Below are positions 26,352 through 41,122 of a stretch of DNA of 64,000 nt, in pieces (within the stretch, counting starts at the first letter, position 1; each line of letters starts with the position of its first letter). Location of the stretch: assembly GCA_964016885.1 (NCBI GenBank), contig OZ024741.1:290222001-290286000 (forward strand), written 5' to 3'. Source of the DNA: Eledone cirrhosa. Its lineage: Eukaryota. The translations under genes were made by a program, and so were the position numbers. The notes beneath the pieces were generated by a model that had not been told where the DNA came from, searched no databases, and was given only the letters and a program-made list of their open reading frames with translations.

Positions 26352-27285
26352 CATACACGCATATCTATAAATACACATACATGCAACACGTATTCTGAGA
26401 AGGATACACAAAAACACAACACAGGTAATATAATCAAATACTCACAAGCTCGCACTCATGAAAACATATCACCCATTCATACACGCACATATACACACCC
26501 ACACATGCGTGCGCAAACACACACATTCAAAAAGAAAACCCATTGATCCGACCAAGATAAGAGATGACAAATGTTTTTTTACGATGTTTGCAGCTGTTTA
26601 AGAGGAAGTAATTTATGTGATGAAGTCATAAGGAATTGATGAATGCAACTGGGCACACACACTCCACTTAATGTCTCCACTGGGCTAATAACAACATCAA
26701 TACCGAATAATAGCTTCACTACGCAAAACATTCTTAGTAATGGCTGTGCTAAATCATCGCTTGGTGCAATGTTTTCTTAGAAACAATCAAATAACGGACG
26801 ATCTGCTCTATTGATAGGGAGATATGAGAAAAATGGAAGTAAGAAAATATGAAAGACAGAAAAATGTGAGACAGAAAGAAAACGAAATCCATCAGTGGTT
26901 GTAATAGATCTAAAATTTACTGGAATTTGAATATTTATATGTATTGGATGTCCGTGTGTGTGTTTGTGCCTATATAAATAGGAAAGAGATATAGAGGCGG
27001 AATCAACCACAGTACGTGACTGGTACTTATTTTATCAACTTCGAAATGATGAATGACAAAGTCGGCCTTAGGGGAAGTAGTGGGATTTGAACTCAGGTCG
27101 CAGAGAGAACAAATACTGCAAAGAAATCTATCTGATGTTTTAAAAACTGTATACACACTTTCATTACCTGTACAGGCAATATTTATTAAGATGGTATATA
27201 CATTTTGGAGGACAACCTGTATATTTACATTTGTATATGTGTGTGTTTCTGCGCGTGTGTATGTGTGTTTGTGTGTGTATTCGTA

Positions 27286-27494
27286 GGCACATGGCGTAGT
27301 GATTAAGGTATCCGGCTCACGATCGTATGGTCGCGAGTTCGATTTCCGGTGAAGTGTTGTGTTCCAGCGAAAGACACTTTAGTCCAATCTATTAGAAAAA
27401 ATCAGTTGTACCTGTTATTCAAACGAGTTATACTGAATTTCCTCGAGAACTACGTTAAGGATGAACGAGTCTGTGAAATGTTCATCCACTAGAG
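27286..27494 (+). mobile_element. Decayed tRNA-derived SINE, interrupted by the hAT insertion
   Basis: TGGCGTAGTGATTAAG A-box, GAGTTCGATTTCC B-box, AAGACACTTT. Confidence 0.55.
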
Positions 27495-27960
27495 CAAAGG
27501 TTCTCAACGGGGGGCATATGCACCCCCGGGGGTGTTTCGGAACTCCAGGGGGGGGGGGTGTTAGTGGGGTGTTTGGAGCTTTGAGGGGGGCTAGAGGGGT
27601 GCTGGAAGGCTCTTTACTTTGGTAAGTTTTATAAGCCATATTTGTATGTCTTTGAGACAGCCAGTGTGAATGCATTTGAATGAGCATGCAGACAGAATAA
27701 CTATGGTCTGGCTGTAGGTGTGCAGGCGTGTCTACACATTAACCGGCAATTGAGATCCTAAAAATGGAAAACCCCACAGTCAACTAGATCGAGGACACTT
27801 TGAGCGCAGCCAGTTAGAATCTTGTCTTTCCTTCACAGATAACAATGTATTTCATGTCTGAAATTATTGACTCAACCGTAACGAGTTAACACTATGTAGA
27901 TCTATTTTATTCCCTATTGTATTTTACAAATAAAAAAAAGAAAAGAAAACACAGAAGTGG

Positions 27961-28431
27961 GTAGCACACACATCTAGGACAACATACAACACATAATCAG
28001 ATAATACACACATCTAGGACCACATACAACACATAAGCAGGTAATACACACATCTAGGACAACATACAACACATAATCAGGTAATACACACATCTAGGAC
28101 CACATACAACACACAAGCAGGTAATACATTCAGCTGGGACCACATGCAATACATAATCAGATAATACACACATCTAGGACAACATACAACACACAGCTAA
28201 TACATACATCTAGGACCACATGCAACACATAAGGAGGTAGCACACACATCTAGGACCACATACAACACACAGGCAGGTAATACACGCATCTAGGACCACA
28301 TACAACACATAATCAGGTAATACAAACATCTTGGACAACATACAACACATAATCAGGTAATACACACATCTAGGACCACATACAACACACAAGCAGGTAA
28401 TACATACATCTAGGGCCACATACAACACACA
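27961..28431. repeat. 40-bp minisatellite, about 12 copies, inside the hAT element
   Basis: Unit GTAATACACACATCTAGGAC(C/A)ACATACAACACA(T/C)AA(T/G)CAG. Confidence 0.9.
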
Positions 28432-28433
28432 TT

Positions 28434-29405
28434 GTATCATGTGCTACGGACGACGCAAGAGCAATGGTCGGCCAACATAAGGGTTTTGTCACTCTTCTGA
28501 AGAGAGAAAATCTATCTGTTTTTGCTGTTCATTGTGTCATTCATCGACAACACTTGACTGCGAAGAAACTCAGCGAGCCGCTGAGCAAGTCCTTGCAGGT
28601 GGCCATTGATGTCATCAATTTTATCAAACGGCATTCCCTCAATGAACGAATTTCCGGCAACTGTGCCAAAATAATGACAAATAATTTGTCAAGTTGCTTC
28701 TTCATACTGAAGTTAGGTGGTTTTCAAAGGGCAAGTGCCTTACTCACTTCTTTAAACTCTTCGACTCTATCATTGAGTTTCTGCGAGGACGCAACATAGA
28801 ACTGTACAAGAAAACCCTCGATGTGAGGCAAGACTGCGCCTACCTCACCGATATCTTCGACAAATGCAATAGCGTCATTTTGGTTTTGCAGGGGAAGAAG
28901 ATCACCTTGCTTAAAGCAAGGAATGCTGTAAAACATTCCTGGCCAAATTGAATGTCATCGAAAGGAATCTTTGTTAACGGGAATTCTATAATTGAGAGAA
29001 CGGTTTGTCGACCTTTTGCCGATGGACATCCCAATGTGGATAGCAGATCCCTTCATAGCTAACGTCGATGATTTGGACGATACATTTCAGGAAGAATTCA
29101 TTGAACTTTAAGCAGATGACATGATCAAAATTAGATTTCCCAAAATAGGTGAACCCCTTTTTGGGATGCAAGAGGAAATTCAGCGTCGATTTCCACACCT
29201 ACATGCAGAGGCTAAGAGATTTGCTCTGCCTTTTCCCAGCTCATACTTAGTAGAGAGGAGGTTTGGTGCTGTTTCCAGACTGCACAGTAAGGCTAACAAC
29301 CGCTACAATGTAATTACACGTGGAGATCTCTGGCTACATCTTAGGAAAATTCAGCATGATGTTAAAGTGTTAGCTAGACTCCATGAAGCTCAAGGGTCCC
29401 ATTGA
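28434..29405 (+). pseudogene. C-terminal half of a Buster-type hAT transposase (ZBED5/SCAND3-like), frameshifted
   Basis: ATDDARAMVG, HCVIHRQHL, LLHTEVRWFSKG, AYLTDIF, FPSSYLVERRFG, RGDLWLHL, QGSH* motifs. Confidence 0.9.
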
Positions 29406-31944
29406 AATGAGGTCAAAGTTAAAGTAAGTTGATTTATCCGAAAACTTGGATATGCTATTGTTACAAAGCAAACTAACAATTTTTTTTACTTGTAGTTGCA
29501 GTCTACTATAATTCACCATCTACTATAATTCACTTACTCATTTGTTTTATATATTTTACCATTTACTAATGAATATACCCTCCCGTGTGGTCATGAAAGC
29601 CCTCTTCCGTGGTCTCTAAGCTCACAAAGCAGAGGGGGCATCAAGTTAGATATCAACATTTATTCTGTCCGTTTCATTAAAGGGAAAATTGGAAAGCTTT
29701 GAAATTATATAATTGCATTTTCTTCCAGATAAGAGCACCCTTGTGACAGACAGATTTGCTCTTGTATAAATGTTCAAAATAGCTGGTAACGCCTGGTGGG
29801 AATAAAACAAATTCAACTGGTCCTTATTCATAAAAAAGAACATTTATGTTCCTTTTTTTGAAATTTATATATTTCCTTTCAGGGAATGTATTTATACTCT
29901 CAGCTGCCTGCAATGGTATTTTTGGAATATTTTTAATCAATTTTTTAGTAATCTACTGATATCAAAATCAGTAGTATATTGAAAAATGGAAAAATAGGGT
30001 GGGGGGGAGGGGGGGGGGGGTCGTGATTTCGAGTGACAAAAGGGGGCGTTTGGCCTAAATAGGTTGTGAACCTGTGCACTAGAGAAACTATTGATATTGA
30101 AAAATATTTTTATTGAATGTTTTGAAAAATATACCTCTTCTCGCGGGATCTAATGATCTAATCCATTAGGGACAAGCAGTTAGAAATTTAAAATCTAATT
30201 TGATTGAGAGCCAACTAGCAAAGTACGGATTGGATGAGAGGCAGAATCTAGATAGAAAAGGCAAAAACATGCTGAACACAAAAAATGTTTTGAAGTTTTA
30301 TCAATTAATAACAGGATATAAACTAGGTTTAAATATATCACCTAAGTATACAATACGTTTCAGTTGATACAAGGAACTAATACATTGATATTAAAATTCA
30401 AATCTAACTTGAAAGAGAATTATTAAAAATATTTATTTTACATTCTAATATGAAGGATGTTTGTGTGTATATTAAACTACTGGGAGTGAAGGACCCCTAG
30501 CCTTTGTCAGGGCATTCTTCTAGGAGAAGGCAACTCAGAAAACTGGGATAACTCCGATATAAAACCTGCGACTCAGTAGTTACCGATGATGCTGATCTTT
30601 TCTTCTTTTCGGGTTATAGCTACTGTCGCTCAGAGAGTGGGATTGGCTCAGTGCACAGTCTTTCCCCACTTTAAAAAAATGTTCACGCACAGGCATTGCA
30701 CGATAACATTAATTGATAACTGTTAATAATGTTATATCGTGCAATAGCCATACTCGATAACGAGGGGGCAGCCATCATGTATGTATGTTTGATTACATGA
30801 ACGCGTATATCCTGAGAGGTCGTAGAGGTGCTGTGGTGACATACGGCGTTCCTTCGAATTTTAAACCTGACTGGGCCCATCACTTCTGCAGGTCTAAACA
30901 TAAACGATTGTTTCCAGTGATGGCGAAAGAGTGAGAGAGGGAAAATAGGAAAGAGATATAGAGGACGAATCAACCACAGTACTTGACTGGTACTTATTTT
31001 CTCGACTTCGAAATGATGAATGACAAAGTCGGCCTTATGGGAATTAGTGGGATTTGAACTCAGGACACAGAGAGCCAGAACAAATACCGCAAAGAATTTT
31101 ATCTGATGTTTTAAAAATTCTTATAATTTACCGTCTATAGAATAGAGGAAGACATCCTCAAACGGGAGAGCTGCCCTGAATTTTAGGAGCAGAACAGATA
31201 ACTTTAAAGACAACTTAGGGTTAAGAGGTAGTTTTAAGCCTAGCAACGGATTATATCCACCACCCAAAATAACCCAAAATGAGATTCGAACTCAGAACGC
31301 AGAAGTAAATATAACGCATATGCGCCTGCGATTTCGCCAAAACCCCGCTCGAAAGGACGAAAAGCAAAATTAACTTCTGTTGAATTTGAACTCAGAGTAC
31401 AGAGAACCAAATAAAAAAACGCAAAGTATTTTGTCTAACGACTCTGCAATTCGCCACTAACAAATAATGTACACGCCTAAATTTTAACCGCTAGGCATGA
31501 AATAACATGGAGACTATCACAATAACCTTATCGGGACAAACTCAACACGACAGATGAGGGCAGTGGTTTTATAAACATAAATACTGGGTTATTAACACAA
31601 GCTTATGAAGATGCCACACTACCGGGAAGTGGAATTTGAACAATATTTCGCAAAACATGTTATTCGATGCTCTACCGATACTGCCCTAGTGTGTATAATA
31701 ATTGTTTCTACTTAAGGCCAGCAATTTTGGGGAAAAGGAAAATCGATTATATCGACCCGGAAAGGATGAAAGGCAAAACAAACCTCGGCGAGATGTGAAC
31801 TCAACTAGTGTGTATAAAAATGATTATATAGAAGAGCATGTGTTATAATTACGGCATGGTTAAATAAATCGTAGTTTACTGAAAAAAAAAGGACATTTAG
31901 TTTACCTTTCATTCTTTCATTGTACAGTGCTTTGTAATTTTTAC

Positions 31945-31980
<36 letters not shown>

Positions 31981-33159
31981 GAGTGTGTAATGTGTGCGTG
32001 CGTGTATGTGTCTCTACGTATTCGTATATAAATATATACATATATGTTTCTTCTTACATATATATATATATATATATATACATATGTTTTGCATTTAAGG
32101 TCAATGTGATTCGACTCCCAGATGATTTGCCGAACGTGTCATTTCGTGACCTTTCGAATTTAGCAAATCACTCCAACCCCTGACCCCCTTTTAATTAATG
32201 CAGCTGAACATTCCAGCAAAACGCACACACACGCTAACACGCATAACAAACACGTTCTTTTACGCACCCCATCATATATATATATATATATACTCATAGT
32301 CTCGCTGTGAGTATTTTATCACGTCTTAAACTACTCCCAGTGAGCATATATATGCATGTTTACTATACATAAACTTATATTATATACGCACATATACACA
32401 TGTATTCTAGACCACATGGTGCTGCAGCTATCACTAATTAATACTAGCTCATCAAGCTCGGTCTGTATCGAAATAAACTACCAAATTTACAAAACCCATA
32501 TAGAAATATATTGTTTTCCGTACTTTAGTATCTAGAAGCAAACAAGCCTCTACTGATGATAGATACAAATGTTGGAGTACGTATATAATGCTCTTACACA
32601 GATACTGACGTAGCTGTGAAAAGATCACAGATGAACATTTTCATAGCTAGACTATATATATGTTTATTAGAGTACACATATTGTATATGTATCCGTAAAC
32701 GCTTTTATTCTTGGACATTTTAAGCCTGGTGAAGCCCATCACTGTCTAGGAATTAGAGCTAATTTCTTCCAGAGAAGGATAGAGATTGAGGGAAAGGAAG
32801 TAAGAAATGGGTACAGAGGAAGAATCAACCCCAGTACTAGATTTTTACCTTTTATATCGACTTCGAAAGGATGAGAGGCAAAGCTATGTTCGAAGGGATT
32901 TGAACTCCAGAACGATTAACACAAAGCATACTATCCGAAGTTCTAATGACTCTGCCAATTCGCTGCCTTTTAAATGCTAAAGTTGATAATCTTTTATCGT
33001 CATATGCTTTCCTCCACAATATCCAATGTTTCTTTCCGCCTTCTAAGTCATTTTAAATTTTTTACTAGATTTTCCATATTTTAGGAAAAAGAACTGAACA
33101 TTCTGAAGCCTTCATGTTTGTTTGGCTTTTATTTTGTTCTTGATTTGAATACAACAATA

Positions 33160-33372
33160 ACGGTTTCTGATTTAGGCACAAAACTAACAATTTGGGGTGC
33201 GGAGAGTCAATTAACTTGACCCCAGTGTCTTACTGCTATTTTATTTTATCGATCCCGTAAGAATGAAAGGCAAAGCAAACCTCGGCAACATTTGAACTCA
33301 GAAGATAAAGGGCCGTAACTACATGTCACAAACATGCCTGACGCTCTACCGATTACTGCCAATCCACCGCTT
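33160..33372 (-). mobile_element. SINE family A, diverged
   Basis: Core and head match. Confidence 0.75.
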
Positions 33373-34219
33373 GTTTTAATACAACAATATTGTAAATGTA
33401 ATTAAAGCATCCGATAAGGTATCCAAATAGTTTTACACTTTTATTTTGTCGGAAGATAATCTCTCCCGTCATTTCAACTTTAGATTTAATAATGGGTTTA
33501 AAATAATAAGTAAGTTTATTACATATCCCATATTTAGTATGTAAGTCAATAAGTTTCACATATTTAAACTTGTAAGTTAATTAATTTAATATCAGAATAC
33601 GTTTTGTCTAGAACTAGAGAGTAACCAAAATATTTGTGACTCCGACATTTTGACTTAATTGGATCTCATGAAGATTTTGGCCACTTATAACTACGCTTGC
33701 TCACTCTATTTATATTTCCGTTGTTAAGTCAATAACCAAAATAACTGTTTCCGGTCGAGTTGATTTGGCAATCAATGTACAACAACACATTAAATAGCAT
33801 ATGGAATTAATTCAATAGCAAAATTTATTCCTAGCACTTGCGCTAAAATAGTTATATTGTTATGAAATTATACATGCGGGTATAACAATTGAAGTAACAT
33901 TGTTTTGACTGAGTTAGCTCTCATTCAACGTAGCTGTATAAACTAGGGATTATTCCTTAATGAAACTATTCATAACGAAGATGGATGAGGAAGATATAGG
34001 ACAGTAGAGTAACTTACAGTACTGAGGTATTCCTTTTACAGTCAAAATTAAGCAAAGGGAAGAATCGTTAGTCTGTCAGATAAATGCCTTTTCTTTCACC
34101 CTTTCTGATTCGGTAAAGTGCCAATCAAGAACTCTCTCTCTCTCCAGACCTGCCAACCAATAAAAATCCAAATGGGGAGTACCATGAAAAAAGTGAGGCA
34201 AAATGGGGAGATTTTAAAT

Positions 34220-34331
34220 AATAATTTCTACTTTTGGCACAAGGCCAGCAATTACCCAGTGTATTATTGGTACTTTATTTTATCGACCCCATAAGGATGA
34301 AAGGCAAAGTTAACCTCGGCGGGATTTGAAC
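34220..34331 (-). mobile_element. SINE family A, 5'-truncated
   Basis: Tail and core match. Confidence 0.8.
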
Positions 34332-34919
34332 ACACACAATCACACACACATACATACTTACACACACACACACACCGTGTCCTAGGTTGGGAGGCGAATT
34401 TATCTAGAAGAGATCAACAGCTTCTCATCTAGCATGCTACATAAAACCTTTAAAGATAGAGATTATGGCAGACGTGGGCAGAACGATGCATTGTACGAAC
34501 GGTTCGCTTAAAAATTCAAAGTTAATAAAGATTATGCTGGAATGGAATTGTTTGCCGGTGTAAAATTGCTGGCCTTGTGTTAAATTTATAGACAATTAAT
34601 AATAGTAATAGTAATAGTAGTACATTTTTAGAATCGTTAGAGCGTCAGACAAAATCCATTTCACTATTTGTACCTGTCAAATACTGGAGCGATGTGATCG
34701 ACTGCTGTTCTATAGATTGTGTGGTATTGTGTGCATATACGCTAGAAAGACCGAATCCAGTTATTCAATAGTAATGACCTACAAACTTTATAGCTGTTGA
34801 TATTATTGCTGTTGTTGTTATTGATTTCATGTTATTTGCATTATGTTTATTGTCTCATTTACGCTCAGCTTTCCTCCTCCCCCTCCTCCTCCTCCTTCTT
34901 ACTCCCCCTCCCCCTCCCC

Positions 34920-34950
<31 letters not shown>

Positions 34951-35322
34951 TAAGTGTCCCCTTATCTCGTTTCCCCACCCATTTCTCTATAATTCTCCTA
35001 CTCCATGCATCACTAAATTCCCACCTCTCCTTATCTAGCCATTAACGACCATCTTATATCGCCATTACGACGGCCAAATAAGCCGCCATGACAATTCATT
35101 AAAGTCCTTATATTAACATTTAATAAGGGAGCTAATTTAATAAAGGACATATGTCATCATTGACCTAACAGTCTAAATCTCTCATTCCCGCTCCCTCATT
35201 TGTGGCCTCTCTCTTATTGTTTCATTTTCTTTCTCTCTCTCTCCCTCCCTCTCTCTCACTTTCTAATACCTCCTTTCCTCTCTTTCGTATGATTTATTCT
35301 ATCCCCTCGTATTACTAATATA

Positions 35323-35400
35323 TTGGGTTGTCAAGTATGAAATCTGTAGAAATTTGTGTTTTTTCTACAAATTTCTACAAATTTCTTACTTGACGACCAA
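35323..35400. mobile_element. 78-bp mariner-like MITE
   Basis: Inverted ends TTGGGTTGTCAAGTATGAAAT / ATTTCTTACTTGACGACCAA with TA on both sides. Confidence 0.55.
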
Positions 35401-36715
35401 TAATTCTTGATTTCTTACTGCTATTGAAATTGTTTTTGTTTTTGGTGGTAGTTGTTTCTATTATGAAAATGTTCGAACTCAGCATATATATCCTAATAAC
35501 AACAGTGACAAGAAAAACAAGAATAATCATTTCTAATCTAGGCACAAGGTCTGCAATTTTGGGGAAGGCAAATGTCGATTATATCGACCCCAGAGTTTGA
35601 CTGGTACTTAATTCTATCGACCACGTAAGCTAACCTCGGTGGCATTTGGACTCAGTACGTAAATGTTAACTATGGACTTTTCAATATAGTTTATTATAGA
35701 ATTTTGCTCATGCTTAATATAATGTAGATTTTTAACAACGTTTAAATAGGAGGGTGAGTTGAAAAGTTCATCAGCTGACTATGAAGGAGTGACGCTAGCG
35801 ATGTGAAATCTTCTATGCATTAATTTCGACTCTTCTTATTTATATCTATATTGTTTCTTTCTAGTGAATATGTTGAAAAATAAACCTCATTCGGGCATTC
35901 CATGAGAATATCTTTCTCAACCTATTAACGTTGCAGCCTATACTCTTATGTATGTTTAAATTTGGTTAGCTATATAGTTTTATCCAGAACTGATCATGGA
36001 TTTTTAACTGTGGTTAACATTCGCTTTATAACTACGTTAACTATAGTTAAATAAATACTTTTAAATATAGCTAGCTGTGAATTTTAACTATGGGTTTTAA
36101 CTATTATTAAATATCGACTTGATTAACATCAAGTATAGCTCTCTAACATTAACTATAGACTTTAAATATGGTTAATCAAACAATTTAATAAGGATAAGCT
36201 ATAGAATTTTAGATATGATTAATTACAGATTTTTAACTAATGATAAATATGGAGTTTTGTGTAGTTGTTTGTACCTTATACACTTCAAATTTAATTTTGG
36301 TTTCACTTTCCTTTTTGAAAGTTTTTGGTGAATGTTCTACTTTGTGATAGTTGTTTCTATATTCTGTTGGGGTGGGGGATATTTTTGGTTTGTTTGCCGT
36401 TCTTTTTTTAAAATAAAAGTATACTCCACAATTAAAATTAATTTTTCTTTTCTGAATTATACATAAAAAGTAACTGATTGATGTCATTGAAGTCACTTAT
36501 ATTTCAAGTATGTATCAACATAAGTATGTAGGGGACTATCATCTTTTGAAAAAAAAAATAAATATATTATAACGAAGATAAGATAATATTGAGTATGACT
36601 ATAATGCGAAGTAAACCGATAATGATGATGATGATGATGATATCTATAACATTGACCATCACGACGATAATAATGATGATGACGAAAAGGAGGATGCGAG
36701 GGAAAAAATAATAAT

Positions 36716-36883
36716 TGTTTCTACTTTTGGCACAAGGCCAGCAATTACCCAGTGCATTACTGGTACTTTATTTTATCGACCCCGTAAGGATGAAAAGCAA
36801 AGTTAACCTAGGCGGGATTTGAACTCAGAATGGCAAGGGCCGTAAATCTATGCATCAAAGCATGGCGTCCAACCCTCTACCGA
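36716..36883 (-). mobile_element. SINE family A with 19-bp TSD
   Basis: CGAGGGAAAAAATAATAAT at 36697-36715 and 36881-36899. Confidence 0.9.
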
Positions 36884-37154
36884 GGGAAAAAATAATAATG
36901 TAGAAGAAGAAGCTACAACAAGGCTTATGTTTCCATCCTTATAATTTAATTTTAGAGTTTCACGTATATTATATAAACTATGAACTTTATATACACTGGA
37001 GTAGTTTATCTATATATGTACATAAATTAAATATATATATTTATATAAGAACATTTGTGTCCATGTGAGTGTCTGAGGGCGCGCGCGTGTGTGCGGATGT
37101 GTGCACGTGTGCATACATACATATATACATATGCATATAAACATACATATCGCG

Positions 37155-37188
<34 letters not shown>

Positions 37189-37253
37189 CACGATATGTAT
37201 ATTTATATATATATATATACAAATATATATATGTATGTATATACATGTATAAA

Positions 37254-37291
<38 letters not shown>

Positions 37292-37293
37292 TG

Positions 37294-37324
<31 letters not shown>

Positions 37325-37328
37325 GTAC

Positions 37329-37359
<31 letters not shown>

Positions 37360-37361
37360 CA

Positions 37362-37409
<48 letters not shown>

Positions 37410-37446
37410 TATATACATATATATATATACATATACATATATATAT

Positions 37447-37587
<141 letters not shown>

Positions 37588-37877
37588 TATATAATTTCGA
37601 TAGACCGACATAGAGAAAGAAATTCCTTCAACAATATTCCGTTAGAAATTTAAATGAAAAAAAAAACTAAATATATTATTTATTTGGGTGCGGGGGTAGG
37701 TACAATGATATATTTATTTGTTTTCAATACTTTGAGATTACTTCAGATCTCAAAATACATTCAAATTTATTAGCAGTAACTGAAATATAATTTGAAGATT
37801 ACAAGGATGTTAAATTTATGCCAGGGTTTAGGTACTTCAAATATTGATGGGAAAACACTCACACTAACACACGTACA

Positions 37878-38009
<132 letters not shown>

Positions 38010-38203
38010 TGTGTGTGTGTGTGTGTGTTTGTATGTCGCTGCACGTGTGTGTGCAGACTAATATAAATAATTATAAATTTTTTCCAGCTAATATCTTATC
38101 CTTTAAGTTCGAGTTGCTTCCAATTATTTCTATATTTAATTTAAATTTCATATATAAGTATATATGTATATATATATATATGTGTGTGTGTGTGTATGTG
38201 TGC

Positions 38204-38284
<81 letters not shown>

Positions 38285-38560
38285 TATATATATATGCATA
38301 TATATATGTATATATAAGTATGGGCGGGGGGTGCGATGAAGTGAGTTCATGTTTATGCGAAATTGTGTTACTGTAACCATGAGATATATGTGGACTTTAT
38401 GTACATGTTTGTCTACACATAGGTTTTGGTGAAGACGCACAAAAGTGTATGGTTCTGTGTGTGCGTGTGTGTGTGTGTTTGTGTGTGTGCGTGCGCGTGT
38501 ATCGTTAATTTTGCTTCTAAGTACCTCCGTAATTTGTAAACTTTTCAAACTCTATATACT

Positions 38561-38682
<122 letters not shown>

Positions 38683-38946
38683 CGTGTGTGTGTGTAATGT
38701 GCATAACGTGCACCGATAAGATTCTTCTAAAATATTACCCCAATCTTGGATGAGGAAGAATATATATAAAAAAAAAGAATGAATTTGAAAACATACATGA
38801 ATTTGTATTTGGAAATTCTTTCATTTTATCATTAAAACTTTGCAAACTATTTTTCATGAAATTATGTCAAAATGAACCTAAAACCCAAGAAATTAAATAT
38901 TGAAAGTTTTGAACCTAAGAATGTTCAAATATATATATATTTATAC

Positions 38947-39013
<67 letters not shown>

Positions 39014-39014
39014 A

Positions 39015-39105
<91 letters not shown>

Positions 39106-39106
39106 A

Positions 39107-39134
<28 letters not shown>

Positions 39135-39142
<8 letters not shown>

Positions 39143-39711
39143 TAAAATAACAGATTAAAGTTTAAGCAAAGAATCGCTGCTTTCACCCTTAACGGGATCT
39201 TCTGAAACTAACAAAATCAATCTGTAAACGCAGAAGTGGATATTTCCAAAAACGTTGCAACCGGAGGAAGACAGGAAGACGATACTTTGGTTCGTGGAAA
39301 CGTTCCCTGGCAAAGAACGGGAAAAAACGAATATAATACGTCATTATTCGGAGCGGGAAAAACAATTACGCGCAAAGACAGAACCACGTTTATGGTATAA
39401 AGGAAGTCGTAGACTAATGTTCTATTAGGTGGTTCATAGAGACGTTCTCAGGCAATGAACGGGAAAAAGAAGATAATACGTCATATGTGGAGCGGGAGAA
39501 CAATTGCACGCAAAGACAAAACCACGTAAATGGTATAGCAGCAGTCGTAGACTAAAATTCTAACTAGGAGACCGAATGAATCTCCGCTTCAGAGTTAAGA
39601 ACAAAGTAAATAAAATAGAATACAATATTTGCTATATTTTTATATATTTGATATATATTTATCCTTATCGAGCCCTCTTTGGATTTTAGTCTTCAAATTT
39701 ATTATTATTAC

Positions 39712-39712
<1 letters not shown>
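39135..39712. mobile_element. Penelope-like family B copy (inverted body plus tail) in (TA)n
   Basis: Closely matches 14645-15130; tail 39625-39712 matches 15750-15842. Confidence 0.75.
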
Positions 39713-39784
<72 letters not shown>

Positions 39785-39854
39785 TATATATATATATATA
39801 TATATATATACTATATATATATATATATATATATACTATATATATATATATATA

Positions 39855-39916
<62 letters not shown>

Positions 39917-39957
39917 TATATATATATATATATATACATACTATATATATATATATA

Positions 39958-40018
<61 letters not shown>

Positions 40019-40063
40019 CTATATATATATATATATATATACTATATATATATATATATATAT

Positions 40064-40603
40064 ATAAAATATTAAACAAATAATGAATAAACAATGAAAC
40101 AGTTCCTTATATTAAACAAAAAAAGTTCATTATTTAACGATCGTTTCTAGGATATATATGTGTTAGAATTGGCATGCATATTCAACAGATCTATGTACAA
40201 AATTATACAAAATTATACAAACTATCAAGATTAAACATACATACCAACACATATATACGCCGTCTTCTGAAGACGGCGTATATATGTGTTGGTATGTATG
40301 TTTAATCTTGATAGTTTGTATAATTTTGTATAATTTTGTACATAGATCTGTTGAATATGCATGCCAATTCTAACACATATATATCCTAGAAACGATCGTT
40401 AAATAATGAACTTTTTTTGTTTAATATAAGGAACTGTTTCATTGTTTATTCATTATTTGTTTAATATTTTATCTTGACTCTGTATACCGTTTATCTTTCA
40501 CCGAAAGTGATTTTTCATTACATCTCTTCTTTCCATGATATCCGGAATACATTGAGTTCTTCATACGGATTGGACACTACCGTAAACTCTTGGTAGATTT
40601 ATC

Positions 40604-40605
<2 letters not shown>
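40064..40605 (+). mobile_element. Penelope-like fold-back insertion, family E (204-bp perfect arms plus tail)
   Basis: Palindrome 40064-40472 centred on T40268, unique tail to about 40605, (TA)n flanks; hammerhead-like CTGAAGA (40267) ... GAAACGATCGTT (40389-40400). Confidence 0.75.
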
Positions 40606-40693
<88 letters not shown>

Positions 40694-40830
40694 GACAAAG
40701 AGGGTGTGGTAATATACCAGGTGGAGCATAATGCACTAGAGTACTCAATACTTAGGGTAGTATAGTGGGTAATAGGAAAAGAATCAGGGCTCCAATGGGT
40801 GAGCTCAGGCCGTTTCGAACTAAGCCAACA
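40694..40830 (-). mobile_element. 3' tail fragment of the Naiad-like Penelope family
   Basis: GAGTACTCAATACTTAGGGTAGT and GAGCTCAGGCCGTTTC match 13184-13303 in reverse complement. Confidence 0.7.
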
Positions 40831-40859
40831 GTTTGTTCAGCAATACAAACACACACACA

Positions 40860-40940
<81 letters not shown>

Positions 40941-40949
40941 TGAAATATT

Positions 40950-41122
40950 TAATAGCGTCAGACAACATGCTTTGCAGCATAGAGTTATGGCCCTTTACGT
41001 TCTGATTTCAATCCCCGCTGAGGTTAATTTTGCCTTTCATCCTTACCAGGTTGATAAAATAAAGCACCAGTAATGCACTGAGTTAATTTCTGGCCTTGTG
41101 CCAAAAGTAGAAACAATTATTC
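40950..41122 (+). mobile_element. SINE family A
   Basis: Core and tail match. Confidence 0.8.

Larger units (their letters stand above)
27495..30076 (+). mobile_element. hAT transposon, Buster/Charlie group, internally rearranged
   Basis: 8-bp TSD CACTAGAG at 27487-27494 and 30077-30084 (central TA); imperfect TIRs CAAAGGTTCTCAAC / GTTGTGAACCTGTG. Confidence 0.9.

Noticed and set aside
27961-28431. 40-bp array as a CRISPR-like locus
   Set aside because: Units are contiguous with no unique spacers and there are no cas genes; eukaryotic minisatellite
30480-30680. GC-richer block resembling a retroelement 5'UTR or SINE body
   Set aside because: Single copy in the window with no diagnostic boxes or termini; cannot be classified
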